A stretch of DNA of 64,000 nucleotides from NCBI GenBank assembly GCA_963741945.1, contig CAVUKA010000005.1:512001-576000 (forward strand). The letters are read 5' to 3'. This document shows positions 59,082 to 64,000 of this stretch, piece by piece. The notes below the pieces were generated by a model, which was not told the DNA's origin, made no database searches, and saw nothing but the letters and a program-made list of their open reading frames with translations. A program made the position numbers and the translations under genes. The stretch is from an uncultured Gemmatimonadales bacterium. Its GTDB lineage: Bacteria > Gemmatimonadota > Gemmatimonadetes > Longimicrobiales > RSA9. Each line of letters begins with the position of its first letter. The stretch's first letter is position 1.

Positions 59082-61764
59082 ATGATGACCGGCAGGATCC
59101 ACCTCCGCGTGGCCCGGCGCACCGTCTGGCTGACGGCCACGGTCCTCGTCCTCGGCTCCATGATGCTGGTGAACGCCGGTGCGGGCGCCCAGTACGTCTG
59201 CCCGCGCGCCGCCGACCCGGAAGTCCAGGCTGGCTGGGCCGCGTACCGGCAGGGCGACATGGCCGCCGCGCGCGACCACTTCGACGAAGCCGTGGGCCGC
59301 TGCCCCCGTCACGTGGGCGGACGGACCGGGCTGGCCTACGTCGAGCTACGGAGCGGCAACACCGTCGCCGCCAGCCGCCTGTTCGACGCCGTCCTGTCCG
59401 GGCACCCGAACGCCGTCGACGCGCTGGTGGGGCGGGGCATCGTGGCCTGGCGCCAGGACGAGCTCGCGCTGGTGGGCGACCGTGTTCCAGCGCGTGCGAC
59501 GACTCGATCCGGGCAACGCCGAAGCCGACCGCTACCTCGGGCTCCTGCAGGCCCGCGAGCCCGCCCCCCGTCCCGCCCCGCCCCGCCCGCCGCTGACGCG
59601 GCCGGACACCCTCGAGCTGCCGGCCCGCGCCTTCGGCGACCACCTCGAAGTGCGCACCGACACCGGCTGGGCCCGTCTCTACATCAAGGCCATCGACCTC
59701 GGCGCGGCGCTCCCCGGCCACTTCGCCACCCAGTTCCCGGACTCCGCCACCTACGCCCGCTGGCTGGACGGGATGGCGGCCACGGGAGCCAACGCCGTGC
59801 GCGTGTACACGCGCCACCCGCCCGCGTTCTACGAAGCGCTCGCCGACCACGACGCGCGCCACCCCGACCACCCGCTCTGGCTCATGCAGGGGGTGTGGGC
59901 GGACCTGCCGCCGGACGGCACCCGCTACGCCGATCCGGCCTGGCAGGGCGAGTTCCTCGCCGACGTCGGCCGCGCCATCGACATCATCCACGGCCGCGCC
60001 GACATCGCGCCGAAGCCCGGCATGGCCTCCGGCCACTACGCCGCCGACGTGTCGCGCTGGACGCTGGCCATCATCCTGGGGCGCGAGTGGGAGGCCACGT
60101 CGGTGATCGGCTTCGACCGGCTGCGCCCCGACTTCACCGCCTGGGCCGGCACCTACGCCACCGCCACCGGCGCGTCGCCCATGGAAGCGTGGCTCACCAT
60201 GGTCGTGGACTCCACCGTGGCCATCGAGACGCGCAGGTACAACACGCAGCGGCCGGTCTCCTACACCAACTGGCCCACCACCGACCCGCTGCGCCACCCG
60301 ACGGAAGCAACCAGCCTCGAGGAAGCCGCCATCCTCCGCGGCCTGGGTGACGGCATCGACCTCGGACAGGTGATGCTGGAAGGCGAGGACGCGGTCACCA
60401 TCGACCCGGGGCACACGCGCGCCACCGGCCGCTTCCCGGCCGGGTTCTTCGCCACCTACCACGTCTACCCGTACTACCCGGACTTCATGACCCGCGAGCC
60501 GGCGTACCTGCACGCCGTCTCGCCCTGGGGCCCCTCCAACTACTTCGGCTACCTCACCGCCCTGAAGCGCTACCACCGCGACATCCCCGTCTTCATCGGC
60601 GAGTACGGGCTGCCCCCGAGCATCGGCGTGTCCCACGTCGCCCCCTTCGGCTGGCACCACGGCGGCCTCACCGAGGCGCGGGCCGCCGCGGGCACCGCAC
60701 GCCTCACCCGCGAGATCGCCGCCGCGGGCATGGCCGGGGGCGGCGTGTTCGAGTGGATCGACGAGTGGTTCAAGAAGACGTGGGTGACCCAGCAGTTCGA
60801 GTCGCCGCCGGAACGGGACCGCATGTGGTACAACCGCCTCGACTCCGAGGAGCACTTCGGCCTCAACGCCGTGGAGCCGGAGCCCCGCATCCGCGGCGAG
60901 ACCCTCGCCGAGCGGGTGAACGGCGGCTGGCTCATGGTGCGGCCGGCATACGACGATTCCACCCGGGGCACCCTCCGCCTCCTGGCCGACGAGGCCTACC
61001 TCCGCGTGCTCTACGTCGCGCCGCGGCGCGTCGACGAGGTCCTGCTCGGCTTCGACGTCATCGACCCCCGCCGCGGCGACAGCCGCTGGCCCGGCAAGGT
61101 GGGCCCCCGCCTGCCCGTGGGCCTCGAGGTCGTCCTGCGCGCCCGCGGCGACACCGCCCGCATCCTGAAGGACACCCACTCGCAGCCGATCCGGATCCGC
61201 GAGCTGCCCGCCGCGCCCATCGATTCCGGACCCGACATCGCGTCGCCGCCGCCAGGGTTCTTCCGCGGCCGATTCGTCACGGTCGGCAGGCTGCGCATCC
61301 ACTCCCGCCTCAACGACGACGGCGTCTACGAACCGCCTCGCCTGGTCTTCTCGCGACGCATGTTCGCCCGCGACTCCACCGAGTTCGCCGCCCTCGGCTA
61401 CGACGCCGGCCTGCTGCCGAACGGCCCCGGGCCCGACGGCCTGTGGCAGACCAATGGCACCGCCTGGGAGTTCCGCATCCCCTGGCAGCTCCTGGACGTG
61501 GGCGACCCCAGCCAGCTCCTCGTGCTCCAGGACACGCTCCAGCGCTGGCGCGGCGGCCCCCTGGAGACCGTGCCCGTGGACGCCATCCGCGTCCTGGCCG
61601 CCGCCCGCACCCGCTCCGGCGACTGGCTCCAGCTCCCGGCCTCCAACCGCCTCGAGGACGTCGCCTCCTTCTCCTGGGCCACCTGGGAAGAGCCGAAGTG
61701 GCAGGCCAGGCCCCGGCCGGTCCTCGATTCCCTGCGCGAGGCGTGGAGCGGGATACCGGAATGA
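59082..61764 (+). pseudogene. TPR + GH-A-type TIM-barrel glycoside hydrolase-like protein, interrupted by a +1 frameshift at about 59475 (real or sequencing error)
   Basis: Frame A (signal peptide + TPRs to ...QDELALV) continues into frame B (ATVFQRVRRLDPGNAEA... 'GANAVRVYT', 'LGREWE', 'YHVYPYYP', 'IGEYG', 'FEWIDEWFK') if one G of GGG 59474-59476 is removed. Confidence 0.75.
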
Positions 61765-61962
61765 CGGAGCCGTTGCGGGAACGCTGCGCACCGTAGACGG
61801 GGTTCGATGAGCGGAGGTTCATCTCCGGCTGGGGTGGCATCTCCACCTCCCGAACACCAATCTTTAGTGGGCACCGTTTGGGCCGCGGTTCGCGCAGCGT
61901 CGAGTATTCCCAACGTCCACTTTAGCGAAAGACATTGCAAAATCCTACTCAATGACACCCGG

Positions 61963-62967
61963 TTATCGGACCGCATTTACGGCCAGAGACTGGTCAGATA
62001 TCGCTCGGGGATGATGGCTGGAAACGAAGACCGCGATGGGCACCAGCGCCAGCGGGAGATAGGGGATCAAAACGTACGGCGATGCGAATACTCCCGCCAC
62101 GAGGACGCAGGCCACTTGCAGCCGTGGCGAACGATGCCGCAGCATGACACCCACCACTACGGGAGCCAGCACTCCCAGGAACACCGGGATCCATGGAAGG
62201 CCGAGCCAATCGCCAATAGGGGTGGTGGGCGAAAGGTTGAGACCCGCCCACCCTTGCGCCACGTGCGGCAACACCTCGGTGAGCCAATGAAGCGACGCGC
62301 GAACGAACCCGCCCGGTGAAAGTGCCGCCATTCCCACGAGGACCGACCCGGCCAAGGCGGCTGCGGCGCCAGCAAACGCGCGGCGGTCCCGAGCTGCGGC
62401 AAAGGCGAGGGGAAAAACAGCATACGGCTTGACCACGGCGACGAGGGCAAGGAGTGCGCCGCGTCGTGCGCCGGAAAGAGCCACACCCCATCCCGCCAGC
62501 GCCCAAAGCACCGGGTCTACATTGGCGAAACCCAGGCCCACGGCTGCACCGGGGAACGCCCCCGCGATGAATACCCAGGCGGCCCATCCTGATGGCGTGG
62601 CCCGCCCATGGGCGATCCTGGCCAGTGCCGCGGCAAAGGCCCAGAACGAGGCGAACAGCAGCACGGACCAGCACCGGCTGAAAGTCACGAAGGACATCCG
62701 CGGAGCCAGGGACAGCGCAGGGGCGAGCACCGGGGGATAGAGGTACCAGAAGTCCCCGTGTTCGACGACCTTGCCCTTCGACATGGGCGGATACAGCGGC
62801 TCGCCGTCCTGGATCCTCCGTTGCGCCAGCCAGTTGCTGGGGACGTCCCGATCGCTCCAGGACGGATTCATCATTTCCCGCGGCAGCATGACAACGGCGG
62901 TTGCCGCGGTGAATGCCCACGCTACCATCATGGCCCGGCGGGCGAGCCATTCCGTGTTCAGCTTCAA
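61963..62967 (-). CDS. GT87/DUF2029-like polytopic glycosyltransferase (GT-C)
   Basis: 'EPLYP', 'YLYPP', 'ANVD', 'VVKPY', many TM helices; TTG start after GGAG is inferred. Confidence 0.7.
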   Translation of the reverse strand: MKLNTEWLARRAMMVAWAFTAATAVVMLPREMMNPSWSDRDVPSNWLAQRRIQDGEPLYPPMSKGKVVEHGDFWYLYPPVLAPALSLAPRMSFVTFSRCWSVLLFASFWAFAAALARIAHGRATPSGWAAWVFIAGAFPGAAVGLGFANVDPVLWALAGWGVALSGARRGALLALVAVVKPYAVFPLAFAAARDRRAFAGAAAALAGSVLVGMAALSPGGFVRASLHWLTEVLPHVAQGWAGLNLSPTTPIGDWLGLPWIPVFLGVLAPVVVGVMLRHRSPRLQVACVLVAGVFASPYVLIPYLPLALVPIAVFVSSHHPRAISDQSLAVNAVR

Positions 62968-63035
62968 CTTGACTCCAGTGACCAAACGAGAAGGCTCCCG
63001 CTCGCGGATCGCGGGTGCGGACGCTCCATGGCGGA

Positions 63036-64000
63036 TCAGGTGCCGGCGCGGACCAGCAGCACAGCCACCGAATCCTCGTGGGCCACCCGCCACTGTGGTG
63101 TTTCCTTGAGGGCTTCCACCAGCGGCGCATCCGGCCGGACCAGCACCAGGGAAAAGCCGTAGTGATCCATCAATTCTTTCCAGCCCCGTTCCGCGCTGAC
63201 GATCGTGCCGTACTCCTTCACCAGATCGTCGCCGAAGAAGTCTGCCATGCTGTCGACGAACAGGCGCTGCCCCGGCCAGGCATACAGCACGTACCCACCC
63301 CAGCTGTACTGGCTGAACAGGCGTCCGCCCAGACGCGCCTCCCTGGCATATCGCACGGCCGCGGCCGGAAAGACATCCGGTGAGGGCTGGTCGGGTACGA
63401 TCGTGATCCGCTGCGTCCTTCCGTCCGTCAGCAGCAGCGCCACCAGGAGCGTCCCGACGCCGAGTCCCAGCCGCCAGCCCCGCGTGTCGGAGCGTGCGAA
63501 CTCCTCGCGCATCCGCCCCACCAGGCCGGCGTGCAGCTGCCGCACCAAGGGCGTGAGCGCGCGCGCCATCACGGGGAGCGCGAAGAGGGCGAACATCGCC
63601 GTGTTGCGACGGGCGGAGAGCGCCCCCATGAACGCCGCGGCGGTGACCAGGAGCGGCCGCCACCCGGGCCACTCCTTCTGCGCCGCCAGGCCGAGCACCA
63701 GGAGGCCGCAAACGGCCATGAACGGCAGTCCCTCGGGGGAGAAGGCGATGAGCGCCTGGAACTCGTTCACCTGCGCCACGGTCTGGCTCCCCATCCACGT
63801 CATGGCGTGCACGTGCAGCGCCCAGCCGAACGGGTTGAGGAGCGACGCCGCGAGCGCGACGACGAAAGGGGCGGCAGACGTGCGCAGCGCCGACAGCCGG
63901 GGACGTCCGGCCCTGATCTCGTCGATCCATTCCCCCGCTCCCCATGCTCCGACCATCACGGCCCCGTAAAGGAATCCGGGATGCAGGTTGGCCCAGAACG
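63036..64000 (-). CDS. Polytopic membrane protein, GT-C-like glycosyltransferase (5' partial)
   Basis: Frame open to the window edge: 'FWANLHPGF', 'LNPFG', 'YSWGGYVLY', 'FVDSMADFFG'. Confidence 0.7.
   Translation of the reverse strand, partial: FWANLHPGFLYGAVMVGAWGAGEWIDEIRAGRPRLSALRTSAAPFVVALAASLLNPFGWALHVHAMTWMGSQTVAQVNEFQALIAFSPEGLPFMAVCGLLVLGLAAQKEWPGWRPLLVTAAAFMGALSARRNTAMFALFALPVMARALTPLVRQLHAGLVGRMREEFARSDTRGWRLGLGVGTLLVALLLTDGRTQRITIVPDQPSPDVFPAAAVRYAREARLGGRLFSQYSWGGYVLYAWPGQRLFVDSMADFFGDDLVKEYGTIVSAERGWKELMDHYGFSLVLVRPDAPLVEALKETPQWRVAHEDSVAVLLVRAGT

Noticed and set aside
61790-61860. tRNA-like fragment (GGTTCGA ... ACCA)
   Set aside because: No cloverleaf, and the spacing between the T-loop-like motif and CCA is wrong.
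61807-62319. 170-aa plus-strand ORF after the hydrolase gene
   Set aside because: Mostly antisense to the GT87-like gene, with no recognisable motifs or convincing codon bias.

Overview
Very GC-rich bacterial chromosomal window with about 57 densely packed CDSs. The gene repertoire (DUF5916, DUF4097, DUF5715-LysM, VPS10/BNR and many 'AACD' lipoproteins) is consistent with Gemmatimonadota, but that is inference only. I found no rRNA, tRNA, transposase, integrase or CRISPR array. Most genes are envelope or housekeeping functions: a phenylacetyl-CoA epoxidase-like paa cluster, PBP1A, an orphan infC with an ATA start, two ECF sigma factors with an anti-sigma and two DUF4097 genes, LMW-PTP plus fructosamine kinase, LemA/DUF2207, truD, corA, tspO and ferritin. 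The best candidate for an uncharacterised system is a synthase-type exopolysaccharide locus at 54.7-61.8 kb: HEAT-repeat membrane protein, processive GT2, TPR/beta-barrel protein and TPR/GH-A hydrolase, the last carrying a 1-nt frameshift. Upstream of it lie a DUF5916 gene and a perfect 24-bp inverted repeat element. Other oddities are a 58-codon poly-Gly/GGS expansion in TruD, a G-rich/palindrome/C-rich composite intergenic element, twin 18-bp palindromes over the RBS of a MarR gene, and a Fur/PerR-like box at the ferritin promoter. All product calls come from motif recognition by eye; no database searches were run.
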